Shown here: piece by piece, positions 1 to 10,428 of the stretch
Position numbering within the stretch: the first letter of the stretch is position 1
Layout of the letters: every line of letters begins with the position of its first letter
Assembly: GCA_011052825.1 (NCBI GenBank)
Contig: DRIF01000082.1
Location: 1 to 51,436, forward strand
Source: Thermoplasmatales archaeon
GTDB lineage: Archaea > Thermoplasmatota > E2 > UBA202 > JdFR-43
Direction: 5' to 3'
DNA: 51,436 nt
Position numbers and translations under genes: made by a program
Notes under the pieces: model-generated
What the model saw: the letters and a program-made list of their open reading frames with translations, nothing else
Told to the model about the DNA's origin: nothing
Databases searched by the model: none

Positions 1-235
1 AATATCCTTCATGCTGCCAGATAAAATCCCTTATTTTTGATAGTGATAAGCCTTCTGCATATAAATGAAGGGTTTTAAGGATAATTTCTTTTGGATAGCT
101 CATATGTTCAAAACCGTCTCTTTCGACAAACCTTCTCCTACAAGAATTACATCTGTATAACTGTTTTTCTACATATTTATTGTATCTTTTTCCAGCCTTT
201 ACTATATCTTCTCCACCACAATATGGGCATTTCAT
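1..235 (-). mobile_element. IS transposase N-terminal part (Zn-ribbon + HTH; IS1/IS6-like), truncated by window edge
   Basis: Manual translation from ATG at 235: MKCPYCGGEDIVKAGKRYNKYVEKQLYRCNSCRRRFVERDGFEHMSYPKEIILKTLHLYAEGLSLSKIRDFIWQHEGY. The CxxC...Q.YRCxxC Zn ribbon plus GLSLxxI HTH is typical of archaeal IS1/IS6-type transposases. Not in the ORF track. Confidence 0.75.
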
Positions 236-338
236 TCCCATCCCAAAAAGAAAATGAAAAGGGGTTTAAAAATATCACGAAATGTTAGGAATATCGATAT
301 ATAGAAAAGTGTTAATATATGCATTACATAAGCAATTC

Positions 339-962
339 ATGTTTGATTTGCATGTTCATACATGCTATTCTGCAGATGGAAAGGAAAAACCTGAAACAAT
401 AATAAAATATCTGAAAAAGAGGGGATTTAAAGGAATGGCTATTGTTGATCATTCAACTCTTAAAGGTTATTTTAATACAAAAAATTATTCAGATGACTTT
501 TTGATAATACCTGGAATGGAGATAAAAACAGATAGAGGGCATATACTTGCCTTTGGAATAGAAGAAGAAATAAAATGCACTGATGCAGATGAAGTAATAG
601 ATGAGGTTCATGATAAAGGAGGAATTTCAATACTTGCGCATCCCTTCAGATTTTCCTCCCCAAAAATAAAAACTGATGCAATAGAAATATTAAATGGTAG
701 AAGCTTTCCATATCAGAATGAGAAGGCTCGTAAATACGCATTCAAAAAAAATTTGCCATATACCGCAGGTAGCGATGGACATTACATATGGGAAATGGGA
801 AGAATGAAAACTTTCATAGATGCAAATGACGTTGATGAAATCATTGGAAAAATTTTGAGGAGAGAGGTGGAGATAGATGGAGAAATGAATTTCTGGAACC
901 CTGTTAAATCTCAGATTTACTCATTTACATCATTTGTCGGGAGAGGTTTCAGAAGAGTATAA
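339..962 (+). CDS. PHP-domain metal-dependent phosphoesterase
   Basis: DLHVHT, DH, GMEI, HPF and GSDGH PHP motifs; start placed at ATG 339 (MFDLH). Confidence 0.9.
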   Translation: MFDLHVHTCYSADGKEKPETIIKYLKKRGFKGMAIVDHSTLKGYFNTKNYSDDFLIIPGMEIKTDRGHILAFGIEEEIKCTDADEVIDEVHDKGGISILAHPFRFSSPKIKTDAIEILNGRSFPYQNEKARKYAFKKNLPYTAGSDGHYIWEMGRMKTFIDANDVDEIIGKILRREVEIDGEMNFWNPVKSQIYSFTSFVGRGFRRV

Positions 963-1838
963 TTTTTTATATTCTTTCCATTTCTCATCTAACATCTCTT
1001 TTATCTTAGCAAGTTCTTCTTCTTTTAAATGGCGGAATCTTCCCTGCATTTTGAGCCATTCCTCAACTGGTTTTCTCTCCTTTCCTTCAAGTATTCTCTT
1101 GCTATATCCATTGAATTCCATTTTTCCATTTACAACTTCATATAAAACCCATGCCCCAGTTTCCACAGCAAGCTTTGACATTTCAACTGTTTTACTCATA
1201 TCAAATCTCCATCCTGGGGGGCATGGAGCAAGTATTTCTATGTAGCGAGAACCTTTAATTTCCTTTGCTTTTTTCATTTTATTAAATAAGTCCTCTGGAT
1301 ATGCTATAGTTGCAGTTGCAATATATGGGATGTGGTGAGCCATGACAATTTCTGCAAGCTCTTTCTGCCTTTCTTTCTTTCCTGTCCAGGTTGTCGTTGT
1401 CCATGCACCGTATGGCGTTGCCCCGCTCCTCTGTATGCCTGTATTTGAATACATCTGATTGTTGTAGCATACATAAATGAAATTTGTTCCTCTTTCTAAA
1501 GCCCCAGATAATGCCTGCAATCCAATGTCATAACTCCCTCCATCTCCAGCCCATACAACTGGAGTTATATCTTTCTGCTGGAGCATTTTTAAAGCTGATG
1601 CAACTCCTGAAGCTCCCGCTGCAGATGCTTCAAAAGCAATGTTGAGAATGGGAACATTGAATGCAGTTTTTGGATAAAGAGCTTCAATTACAGCGGTACA
1701 GCATGCAGGGATAACAAGGATAGTTTTTTTACCGAGGGCTTTTAATGCAATCCTTAAAGCAATTGTTATTGGACAACCTGGACATGCTGCATGCCCTTTT
1801 AAGACATACTCATCTAAGGGTAAATCCTTTATTGCCAC
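930..1838 (-). CDS. porB: 2-oxoacid (pyruvate/2-ketoisovalerate):ferredoxin oxidoreductase beta subunit
   Basis: GHAACPGC, TPP motif GDGG...NN, NTGIQRS, APCPPGW; GTG start at 1838 after a GAGGTGA RBS. Substrate (POR vs VOR) uncertain. Confidence 0.9.
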   Translation of the reverse strand: MAIKDLPLDEYVLKGHAACPGCPITIALRIALKALGKKTILVIPACCTAVIEALYPKTAFNVPILNIAFEASAAGASGVASALKMLQQKDITPVVWAGDGGSYDIGLQALSGALERGTNFIYVCYNNQMYSNTGIQRSGATPYGAWTTTTWTGKKERQKELAEIVMAHHIPYIATATIAYPEDLFNKMKKAKEIKGSRYIEILAPCPPGWRFDMSKTVEMSKLAVETGAWVLYEVVNGKMEFNGYSKRILEGKERKPVEEWLKMQGRFRHLKEEELAKIKEMLDEKWKEYKKLYSSETSPDK

Positions 1839-2953
1839 TATTTCACCTCTAAAGGATACCATCCTTCCTTGCCCCGCTTGGCAAGTTCATAAATTCTCTC
1901 AAAATCTTTATAACTCACATCAACTCCTCCGAGTCCAGCTATAAATCCATATAAATCTTTGCCTGTTTTTTTCATTTCATGATAAACAACTCCTCCAAGA
2001 CCTGGAGAAACATTTCTGTCAATAACAATCATCTTTTCATATTTCAGCTTTTCATATGGAAATGGACGGAAAGTTCTTAAATTAACCAAGCCCACTTTTT
2101 CTCCTCTTTTCCTCAATTCATCAACTGCAAATCTTGCTTCTGCAGAAATTGCGCCCATCGTCACCATAACATAGTCTGCATCATCGCATTTATATTCCTG
2201 AATCAAATCATATTCTCTTCCAAATTTTTTCCCCCATTCTTCACCGACTTCTTCTATAATCTTTTTTGCTCTTTCCATTGCCCTCTGCATTGAATACCTT
2301 ATCTCCATATATGGCTCTGGAGGAACTATATTTCCATGAGTTATTGGATTTTCAACATCTATTTTCCATGCTGGCTTGAACGGAGGTAAAAATTCATCAA
2401 TCTTGCTCTGCTCTGGCACTTCAACAGGCATTGAAGTATGGCTTAGTGTAAAACCATCATATGAAATCATCACAGGGAGCATTACTTCCTCACTTTCCCC
2501 TATTTTATATGCCTGAATTATGTTGTCAAAAACTTCCTGATTACTTGAAGCATAAAACTGTATCCATCCTGTATCACGCTGGGAGAGGGAATCATTCAAA
2601 TCACTCCATATATTCCATCCTGGTCCTATAGCTCTGTTAACATTAACCATTACAACTGGTAATCTCGCCAAACCAGCCCAGTGAAGCATTTCATGCATTA
2701 AAAGCAAGCCATGTGAGGCGGTGGCTGTGAATGTTCTTGCTCCCATGGCAGAGGCACCAATGCATGCCGCCATTGCAGAATGCTCTGATTCAACTCTTAT
2801 GAAATCTGCATTTAACTGCCCACTTTCAACATATTCTGCAAGTCTTTCAACAATTGTTGTTTGAGGCGTTATTGGATATGCTGCTATAACGTGAGGTTTT
2901 GCCATTTTGGCAGCAAGAGCTGAAATATGGTTTGCAGTATCTATAAAAATCAT
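1838..2953 (-). CDS. porA: 2-oxoacid:ferredoxin oxidoreductase alpha subunit
   Basis: [16 protein letters not shown] and TATASHGL motifs; operon position. Confidence 0.92.
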   Translation of the reverse strand: MIFIDTANHISALAAKMAKPHVIAAYPITPQTTIVERLAEYVESGQLNADFIRVESEHSAMAACIGASAMGARTFTATASHGLLLMHEMLHWAGLARLPVVMVNVNRAIGPGWNIWSDLNDSLSQRDTGWIQFYASSNQEVFDNIIQAYKIGESEEVMLPVMISYDGFTLSHTSMPVEVPEQSKIDEFLPPFKPAWKIDVENPITHGNIVPPEPYMEIRYSMQRAMERAKKIIEEVGEEWGKKFGREYDLIQEYKCDDADYVMVTMGAISAEARFAVDELRKRGEKVGLVNLRTFRPFPYEKLKYEKMIVIDRNVSPGLGGVVYHEMKKTGKDLYGFIAGLGGVDVSYKDFERIYELAKRGKEGWYPLEVK

Positions 2954-3195
2954 TTTTCCTCCCTCCCCATTTCTATGGCGTTTACAGGACATTCATTTGC
3001 ACATACACCGCATCCCTTGCAGTACTCATAGTCAATAACAGGATATTCATCTCTGCTTATTGCTGAATCTGGACAGAATATCCAGCATCTCCAGCATTTT
3101 ATGCACTTTTCTCTATCCAAGGAAGGTCTGAAAACACGCCATGTTCCTGTCTTGCCCATCGCCCCAACAGTTGGATATGATATAGCTGTTTTCAA
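2950..3195 (-). CDS. porD: 2-oxoacid:ferredoxin oxidoreductase delta subunit (2x[4Fe-4S])
   Basis: [19 protein letters not shown] and [12 protein letters not shown]. Confidence 0.92.
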   Translation of the reverse strand: MKTAISYPTVGAMGKTGTWRVFRPSLDREKCIKCWRCWIFCPDSAISRDEYPVIDYEYCKGCGVCANECPVNAIEMGREEK

Positions 3196-3740
3196 AAAAT
3201 CACCTCATTATATGCCTCTTCAGCTGCTTTAGCGTTTTTATCTCCAATTTTCCCAAATCTCTCCTTTATTGCCAACTTTAAATTTTCTATATCAATTCCA
3301 TCCAGAATTTTTGTTAAAGCTCCTGTCATTGGAGTGTTGACAACAGGAATTCCTCCAACAAGTATTTCATTTTTTATTGCTATTGAAGTTGCGTCAACAA
3401 CTGCTGTTCTGTATGGAAAAGAAAAATCTGAAGCGCTTTTGTTTGTATTGAGAAGAATAATTCCATCCTTCTTAATGCCTTCTGCAACATTTATTGCGTC
3501 CATCACACCAGTATCCAAAACAACAACTATATCTGGTTTCTTTATCTGACTCCTCAAAAAAATTTCGTTATCACTTATTCTAGCAAATGCCTTAACTGGA
3601 GCACCTCTCCTTTCTGCCCCAAAAAAAGGAAATGCCTGCACTCCTCTATTTCCACTTTTTAGAGCAGCAGAAGCAATCAAGTTTGCTGCTGTGACAGCAC
3701 CCTGCCCACCTCTTCCATAAAATATTATTTCTTTAAGCAT
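3192..3740 (-). CDS. porG: 2-oxoacid:ferredoxin oxidoreductase gamma subunit
   Basis: GRGGQGAVT and [13 protein letters not shown] motifs. Confidence 0.92.
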   Translation of the reverse strand: MLKEIIFYGRGGQGAVTAANLIASAALKSGNRGVQAFPFFGAERRGAPVKAFARISDNEIFLRSQIKKPDIVVVLDTGVMDAINVAEGIKKDGIILLNTNKSASDFSFPYRTAVVDATSIAIKNEILVGGIPVVNTPMTGALTKILDGIDIENLKLAIKERFGKIGDKNAKAAEEAYNEVIF

Positions 3741-3957
3741 TTGTTAATGAATGCAAGTATTATTAAAAAAATTTTGGGGGTTATCGTAGATTTTTCAATT
3801 TCCAAAGTTTTTTATGATGAAATCATAGATGACACCAACTCTTATTCAACTGCAAAAACCTCTTCTATAATAAAGCATATGGCATGTAGGAATCTAACTG
3901 AAATTGCTAAAATTTGACGACGCAGAAGAAGTTATATATTCAAAAAAATTTTTATTT

Positions 3958-5301
3958 ATGCATAAAAAATATTTTGCATTGGGAATAGCGTTTTTTATAA
4001 CAGCAAGTATCTCAATTGAAGCAGGATTTATAAAAAATGAAAGAGTAGAAGAAAAAATTATTCTAAAAGATTCTCCAGAATTATACAATTTCATAAATGA
4101 TGGAGTTTTTGAAAAATTGATAATAAAACTGATGAAAATTGCTCACATGCCTTCTCTATCTGCTTTAATTATAAAAGATAATGAGATTTTATGGAGCGAT
4201 GGTTTCGGTCTGTATGATATGGAGAGGAATAAGGAAGCAGATGAAAAAACAATATACTTGGTTGCATCCATATCAAAAACAATAACAGCGACAGCATTAA
4301 TGCAGTTGTATGAAAAAGGTTATTTTGATTTGGATGATAATGTAAACAATTATTTGCCATTTAAATTCAGAAATCCAAATTATCCTGATGAGCCAATAAC
4401 ATTCAGAATGCTTTTAGCCCATCAATCAAGTCTGGCAGAAGATCCATCAACATTTTATGCATATATTCCAGGAGATATGGAGGTGGATGGATATCCATAT
4501 CCATGGCTTGAGGAGTATTTAACTCCAGATGGAATTCTTTACATACCCCATATATGGAGCAATATGCCCCCTGGGGAGGAGATGCAATATGCGAATGTTG
4601 GATATGGATTGCTTGGTTATTTAGTTGAAACAATATCTGGAATGAAATTTGAGAAATACTGCAGTAAAAACATTTTTGAGCCACTTGGAATGGAAAACAC
4701 AAGCTTCAGGTTACGCAATCTTGACATAAGCAGAGTAGCTGTTCCATATTCATTCAGGCTTGGAGAATATTATCCATTTATTCATTATGGAATAATTGTT
4801 TATCCAGCAGGTGGTTTGAGGACGAATGTTGTTGATTTATCTCATTTTTTAATTGCCCATATGAATGGGGGAGTTTATAATGGTAAGAGAATTTTGAGTG
4901 AAGAAAGTGTTGAAGAAATGCACAGAATTCAATATCAAAGCAATAATTATGGATTTCAGTATGGTTTGGGATTTCAGATATGGAAAAGAGGGGATGATGT
5001 TTATATAGGGCATACTGGCGGACTTTATGGAGTAACAACAAAAATGGTCTTCAGAGAATCTGATAAAATTGGAATAATTTTCTTTACAAATAAACAGATT
5101 ATAAATCTGAGAGAGATGATTGCATTTTCATTAATAGAACAACTCCTTTTCTGGAAGGCAACTGGAAATATAGAGGAATTGAAAAAATCAAAAATAGAAG
5201 AAGCAGTTCTTTCAAACATCCACATTATAAAAAATTTTGATAATAACTTCAATATAGAAGATTATCTGCCTGAAATAATTTTTGATATTATACTAAGATA
5301 G
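3958..5301 (+). CDS. Secreted serine hydrolase, beta-lactamase/class C (S12) family
   Basis: Signal peptide MHKKYFALGIAFF; SxxK (ASISK), YxN (YANVG) and HTG motifs. Confidence 0.88.
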   Translation: MHKKYFALGIAFFITASISIEAGFIKNERVEEKIILKDSPELYNFINDGVFEKLIIKLMKIAHMPSLSALIIKDNEILWSDGFGLYDMERNKEADEKTIYLVASISKTITATALMQLYEKGYFDLDDNVNNYLPFKFRNPNYPDEPITFRMLLAHQSSLAEDPSTFYAYIPGDMEVDGYPYPWLEEYLTPDGILYIPHIWSNMPPGEEMQYANVGYGLLGYLVETISGMKFEKYCSKNIFEPLGMENTSFRLRNLDISRVAVPYSFRLGEYYPFIHYGIIVYPAGGLRTNVVDLSHFLIAHMNGGVYNGKRILSEESVEEMHRIQYQSNNYGFQYGLGFQIWKRGDDVYIGHTGGLYGVTTKMVFRESDKIGIIFFTNKQIINLREMIAFSLIEQLLFWKATGNIEELKKSKIEEAVLSNIHIIKNFDNNFNIEDYLPEIIFDIILR

Positions 5302-6228
5302 AGTTTTATACCACTCTACCATCTCCTTCACAGTTTTTTTCAAATCATATTCTGGGGTATAGCCAAGTTTTTTCTTTGCTTTCTCAAAACTTATTATCCT
5401 GTTTCTCCCAAAAGATTTAACTCTGTATCTTGTTAATGAAAATTCATTTTTTGAAAATTTCTCTGAAAAAATGGAAATTAAATATGCAATAGAATATGGA
5501 ATGTGTTTCTCCTTTAATTCAATATTCATTTCTCTAGTAATTTCTTCAATTAATTCCCTAATTCTGCAGTGAAAACTAACAGCATTGAAAACATCCCCTT
5601 CCTCATCTTTCTCAAGTGCCTTTATCATGCAGGAAGAAGCATCTATTGGATGAGCAATTGAAATAAAGTTTTCTCCATTTCCAATATAAGCAATTTTTCC
5701 ATTTTCAATTCTTTTTAAAATTGTTTCTCCTGCTCTTGCGCCTGCTCCCAGAACAAGAGGGGGGCGGATTACTGAAATTTTCATCTCTGTATATTTTTTT
5801 AAAACATTCTCTCCTTCAAGTTTTGATTTATGATATGCATTCATTGGTTTTTTTGGGCTTTCCTCTGTTAATGGCTCTTTTTTATTTGGAAATCCATATA
5901 CCCCCGCAGAGCTTGTGTATACTATTCTTTGAACTCCTTTCATTCTGCATGCTTCTGCAACATTTTTGGTTCCATTGACATTCACTCTATAAAAATCTCT
6001 TTTTTTCCCTCTATCATCTGCATAGCCAGCATTATGAAAAACTGCGTCAACTTTACTTACAGCAGGAAGCAAGCTTTCAATATCTGTTATATCTCCTCGG
6101 ATAACTTCTGCAAATTCAATTTTAAAATTCCTTCTCGCCAATGCAAAAACTTCATATCCTCTCTCAGCAAGTTTTTTCACCAAGTATCTTCCAATAAATC
6201 CGCTTGCACCTGTAACTAGAACCCTCAT
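5293..6228 (-). CDS. NAD-dependent epimerase/dehydratase (extended SDR, 3-beta-HSD-like)
   Basis: TGASGFIG, NAG, TSS and YHKSK (YxxxK). Confidence 0.9.
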   Translation of the reverse strand: MRVLVTGASGFIGRYLVKKLAERGYEVFALARRNFKIEFAEVIRGDITDIESLLPAVSKVDAVFHNAGYADDRGKKRDFYRVNVNGTKNVAEACRMKGVQRIVYTSSAGVYGFPNKKEPLTEESPKKPMNAYHKSKLEGENVLKKYTEMKISVIRPPLVLGAGARAGETILKRIENGKIAYIGNGENFISIAHPIDASSCMIKALEKDEEGDVFNAVSFHCRIRELIEEITREMNIELKEKHIPYSIAYLISIFSEKFSKNEFSLTRYRVKSFGRNRIISFEKAKKKLGYTPEYDLKKTVKEMVEWYKTLS

Positions 6229-6299
6229 TGAATAAAAAAGAATATCAATATTTAATCTCTTGCTCACAAATTATTTATATCACCTTCCCATCCTTCTTC

Positions 6300-6596
6300 A
6301 TGTTTTGCCCTCGATGCAATTCTCTGCTCTATCCAAAAGGAAAGGAACTTGTATGCAAAAAATGCGGTTATACAAAGGAAAAAGACGTTGAAAGAATAAT
6401 TGTTTCAAAGAGAAGAGACCTGAATTCTGCCATAATTGAAGAAGATATGGAGCTTCTCCCGAAAACAAATGTTGTCTGTCCAAAATGTGGAAATAATGAA
6501 GCTTACTGGATTTTGCGCCAGACTAGGGCAGCAGACGAACCAGAAACAAGAATATATACATGTACTAAATGTGGTTATAGGTGGAGGGAATATTAG
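6300..6596 (+). CDS. tfs: Transcription factor S (TFS)
   Basis: Two Zn ribbons and QTRAADEPET...CTKCGYRWREY. Confidence 0.95.
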   Translation: MFCPRCNSLLYPKGKELVCKKCGYTKEKDVERIIVSKRRDLNSAIIEEDMELLPKTNVVCPKCGNNEAYWILRQTRAADEPETRIYTCTKCGYRWREY

Positions 6597-9298
6597 CCAT
6601 TATTTGATGGCTGGTATGGATTGAATGCTGGATCACCATATAATGTGAATTCATGCAGACACACATATTTTTTATCCAAATATTTTCCATGTTCAAATCT
6701 TGCATTTGTTTTTCCTTCTTCAAGCGGAGGTGTCCACAGAAAAGTTGAGTTTACATCTTTTGGAAGATAAGCATTTTTAGCATTTCTCAAAGCCATTCCA
6801 ACAGTGCTGTCATTCTTCACCAAATCCAGAATAAAATCTTCTGCAACCACTGCTCCAAAGTGTGGCTCTGGATATTCATTTCTGAGCAAAAGGTTAAGAG
6901 ATGCCTTAACAAACCCCTTTGCTCCAAATCCTTTGAATATTAAACCTGGCTCTAAATAGCCAGGGTCAGCTGTTACGCGAGTTGCTCCTATGTATGCATT
7001 CACTCCCGCATGTAGATATGCTTGGCTGAGACAATTTTCAGGTAACAGTCCATCTGTTCTGGCGGTTATACAACTCTCAACAAAAATAACGCTTGGACCA
7101 TAGTCATCATTGACAACATATCTAACTGAATAAGCTCCTTTGCTTGAAAGCCCACTTGCTATTCCCAAAGGCCCTAAAAAGCGAGAAAGCCATGTTATTG
7201 GCGGAAATCCTCGGGAATCAAGCAGAACATCTCCTGATTCATACAAAAAGTATATTCCATGATTGAATACGAATATGAGGTTGCTGTTTCTCTGGTATTC
7301 CCCACCTTTAACATTTCTTTCCCCACTTATAAATTCAATGAGATTCGGAAATGGAATGTTTAATCTGCTTGTATATTTTGCCAAATCTTCGAATCCTTCT
7401 CTTTGGGAAGGTAAAAGATGGGTTCTTCGAACATTATATCCTCCCCTTTCCATATCATCTGCCAATCTTAAATTGATGAAAAAGCTTTCTCCAGTTGGCC
7501 ATTTTGTTGGCTCATGCCCTCCAGTGAGCATGTTTGTGAGAGGTGTAATTAAAGGAATCCATTGAAATTCTAAACCAGCTCCTGTTTGAACAGTTGCATT
7601 CTCTTTCCATTTTCCAAGCTGTTGAATTATTTCATTATAAAATACTGTTCTTGCTATTAAAGCAGAGCAATCCTCAGCATCATATCCAGTTATTCTCCCA
7701 ACAGCATTTTCCTGAAATGGATAGTATGTATATGTATTATTTTCAACATCATCTGGTTTGGGGTCTATATCTCCATATATAAAATCACTTGGAAGCTGAA
7801 TTCCTCCTATGAAATCGCTATCAGGATTATAATAATAATACATCGGAACCATTGTTGGGTCTGCCATTATTGCAATATTTATTGGATTATCTCTGTAATT
7901 CCTCCACAATGCTTCTGTATCATCAGCAGAAATATTCGCTATTTTTGCAAGCAGTGAATTCAATTTCTCATGTATTTTCATAACATGCTGGTTGCATGGT
8001 TCCACCAAACCTTCATTTGTTGATGCATATACAACTCCCTCTACACCAATACTTTCATTTCCAGCAAATGCAAAATCAGTATCTGAAAGTATTATACCTC
8101 TATGGTATGCAGTCAGGTATGGAGCCATTGAAGAAAGATTGTTCATGAGTGGTTGTAGAGGAGAATCAACTTTTTGAACCCTGATTTTTAGAGTGTATTG
8201 TCCATTAGGAGTACCTACTCTTCTAGCTAAAACTTGGGCGGTGTATGTGCCTGGCTTGTTATAAATTATGGTTTCATAATGAATTTTGTCAACAACTATG
8301 TCTCCATTTTCTACCTCAGGTATGCCAGCTGAAGTAGAAGTATACACATATGCCTCATCATCTGGACTGTATATAAGCATAATTAAGTCGTCCCCGAGTT
8401 CACTTACATATTCTGAGTTATCATTTATTAAATCAATGCTGAGGCGTGCATATTTATAATCTTCAGGTATAACAAATTTATTTATACCAAAAAGCCCATC
8501 ATTAAGTCCAGCAATTCCTCCAAAAATTATATTTAGGAGTTGAGCTGGAAGAATGTCAGCAGATGCAGTTACATTCTGAAATTCATAATATGTTTCATTT
8601 AAAACATTAACATTCGTTACATCTAATGGATTTGTAATTGTTACATAATCTATATCTCCAAACTTATTTTTAAGCAAATCTATAATAAAATTATTAATTT
8701 CTTCCTCATTTTCAAATCTCCAAGTCATTGCGTGTCCTTCAAGATTTCCACAAATAAATGTATATTTAACTCCAAGTTTTTTGAGTATACCCCTAATATT
8801 ATTTGTATCATTCGTTACAAAAACAGGTATGTTGAGATAGCTTGCAATTGGAGTTGCAGTTATTCCAAGTTCATACCCATGCTGACTATCTTCTATCAAC
8901 AAAACAGCATCACTTCTTTTCCATATTTTTGAGAGTTCAATTGAAACATTTTCTGGAGCACCTCCTCTTATTTCTTTATATGATGCAGAATAAAAACCCT
9001 TGAATCTTTTTATTGCTTTTGAGGGATTTTTGAAATTTTCCACAAGCAGGGCATTTACATGCTCACCATCTTCATCATAATATAATGCAACGGGAGTTGC
9101 TATTAAAGCATAAAATGGATTGTCTTCACTGACAACAACAGGAATTGCTGACTGTTCTCTCTCTGAATCAATTTTGTCTATGGTTTCCATGCTGAAACCA
9201 CTTACCTCCTCAAATTTTTCGACGCAACCTGTAAAGAGTGGCATAGAAACTGCCAAGGCCACCAGTATTACAAACTTTTTCTTATCCATATCTATCAC
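6593..9298 (-). CDS. Large lipoprotein with C-terminal peptidase C25 (gingipain-like) domain
   Basis: Lipobox-like LFTGC after a KKK/hydrophobic leader; VGRI, FNHG (His), ESC (Cys) and LYGDP motifs of the C25 fold. Confidence 0.65.
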   Translation of the reverse strand: MIDMDKKKFVILVALAVSMPLFTGCVEKFEEVSGFSMETIDKIDSEREQSAIPVVVSEDNPFYALIATPVALYYDEDGEHVNALLVENFKNPSKAIKRFKGFYSASYKEIRGGAPENVSIELSKIWKRSDAVLLIEDSQHGYELGITATPIASYLNIPVFVTNDTNNIRGILKKLGVKYTFICGNLEGHAMTWRFENEEEINNFIIDLLKNKFGDIDYVTITNPLDVTNVNVLNETYYEFQNVTASADILPAQLLNIIFGGIAGLNDGLFGINKFVIPEDYKYARLSIDLINDNSEYVSELGDDLIMLIYSPDDEAYVYTSTSAGIPEVENGDIVVDKIHYETIIYNKPGTYTAQVLARRVGTPNGQYTLKIRVQKVDSPLQPLMNNLSSMAPYLTAYHRGIILSDTDFAFAGNESIGVEGVVYASTNEGLVEPCNQHVMKIHEKLNSLLAKIANISADDTEALWRNYRDNPINIAIMADPTMVPMYYYYNPDSDFIGGIQLPSDFIYGDIDPKPDDVENNTYTYYPFQENAVGRITGYDAEDCSALIARTVFYNEIIQQLGKWKENATVQTGAGLEFQWIPLITPLTNMLTGGHEPTKWPTGESFFINLRLADDMERGGYNVRRTHLLPSQREGFEDLAKYTSRLNIPFPNLIEFISGERNVKGGEYQRNSNLIFVFNHGIYFLYESGDVLLDSRGFPPITWLSRFLGPLGIASGLSSKGAYSVRYVVNDDYGPSVIFVESCITARTDGLLPENCLSQAYLHAGVNAYIGATRVTADPGYLEPGLIFKGFGAKGFVKASLNLLLRNEYPEPHFGAVVAEDFILDLVKNDSTVGMALRNAKNAYLPKDVNSTFLWTPPLEEGKTNARFEHGKYLDKKYVCLHEFTLYGDPAFNPYQPSNNG

Positions 9299-9595
9299 TC
9301 TTAATACGTTATGTCTTTTTTGCCTATAATAATTTCGCTATGGTGTTTGGCATGAAAAAGAATACGATTCTTTGCTTTATTCAATATCTCTTTTGAGGGT
9401 GGAAAGAATTCATAAGGTATATGAAAAATAGATGTATGGAGAATATAATAAGAGGGGCAAAAGAAAAATAAAAGAGGTATTTTCATTAATAATGAAATTA
9501 AAATAAAATAGATTGCTTGCAGAATTAGAAAATTTGAGAAAAATTTGCGAAAAAATTTAAATAATCAAAATAAATTATACCTCTAACAACAAAAT

Positions 9596-9665
9596 TTATC
9601 TTTTGAGAGGATAATGTTAATTTATCCTTTTAAGAGATAAATGATGTTATCCTTTTAAGAGATAA
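9596..9665. promoter_or_regulatory. Three tandem palindromic TTATC-N9-GATAA boxes (putative operator array)
   Basis: Copies at 9596-9614, 9622-9640 and 9647-9665; the last two are identical (TTATCCTTTTAAGAGATAA). Confidence 0.6.
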
Positions 9666-9698
9666 TCAATGAAGAGATAATAGTTAAAGGGAGATAAG

Positions 9699-10039
9699 AT
9701 GAGAAAAAAATAGGGAAAATATATGTGTTGTTTGTGGTGGGAGTGTTTATTTTGGGCTTTATGCCTATGAACGGGAAAGCTGAAACATGGAAACAAACAG
9801 ATTCATCAGATTTCCAGGGAGGTGAGTTAGTTGGTGTAAAAATAGAAAGGGGGACATTGAAATTGGATTTTGCACCTTTGGTAGATTGGACAGCTACAGG
9901 AGAAAACGCAGGTGATTACTTTGGCTCTTCAATTTCAACTGCTGGAGATGTGAATGGAGATGGAGTAATAAATATGTTTGATGTAACATATCTTGCAAAA
10001 CATTATTTCAATCAACCAGGATTTGAAGTTTTGAAGTAA
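9699..10039 (+). pseudogene. Collapsed secreted FG-GAP/dockerin surface-protein gene
   Basis: ATG 9699 reads MRKK-stop in an A7 run, and one extra A gives the signal peptide MRKKIGKIYVLFVV. A single FG-GAP repeat (GDYFGSSISTAGDVNGDG) runs straight into a dockerin-like tail (INMFDVTYLAKH). Confidence 0.7.
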
Positions 10040-10428
10040 TGAAAATTTTATATTTAAATATCTATGGTATCTATGATAGCAATGTAATTTTTATAAGCGT
10101 TTCAATAACTGCCCTTATAATCTATGCTTTAGAGTTAAACCATAACCTATGATTTCATCGGGTTTATTTAAAATTGTTTTTAAAAAACTACAAATAAAAA
10201 TATCTTTGAGTTCAATTTGTATATATCAAGACAACAAATGATTTTTGTTATATCAAGAGAAAAATGACTTTTAATGAATATTACGGAAGAAAGCGAATGG
10301 CATGAATGTATACTGACCAATCTGAGATGATGCATTCTAAAAAATCAATCATCAGATTAAGAAATATTAAAGTAAACATCTCTAGAACACATTCAAAAAT
10401 AAATTTAAATCAATATTGAATTAAATTT

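Noticed and set aside
9596..9665. Possible mini-CRISPR
   Set aside because: The units are separated by only 6-7 nt; they fit operator boxes or a tandem duplication.
10222..10272. Imperfect 27-bp-period direct repeat TATATCAAGA...AAATGA
   Set aside because: Only two imperfect AT-rich copies and no clear function.
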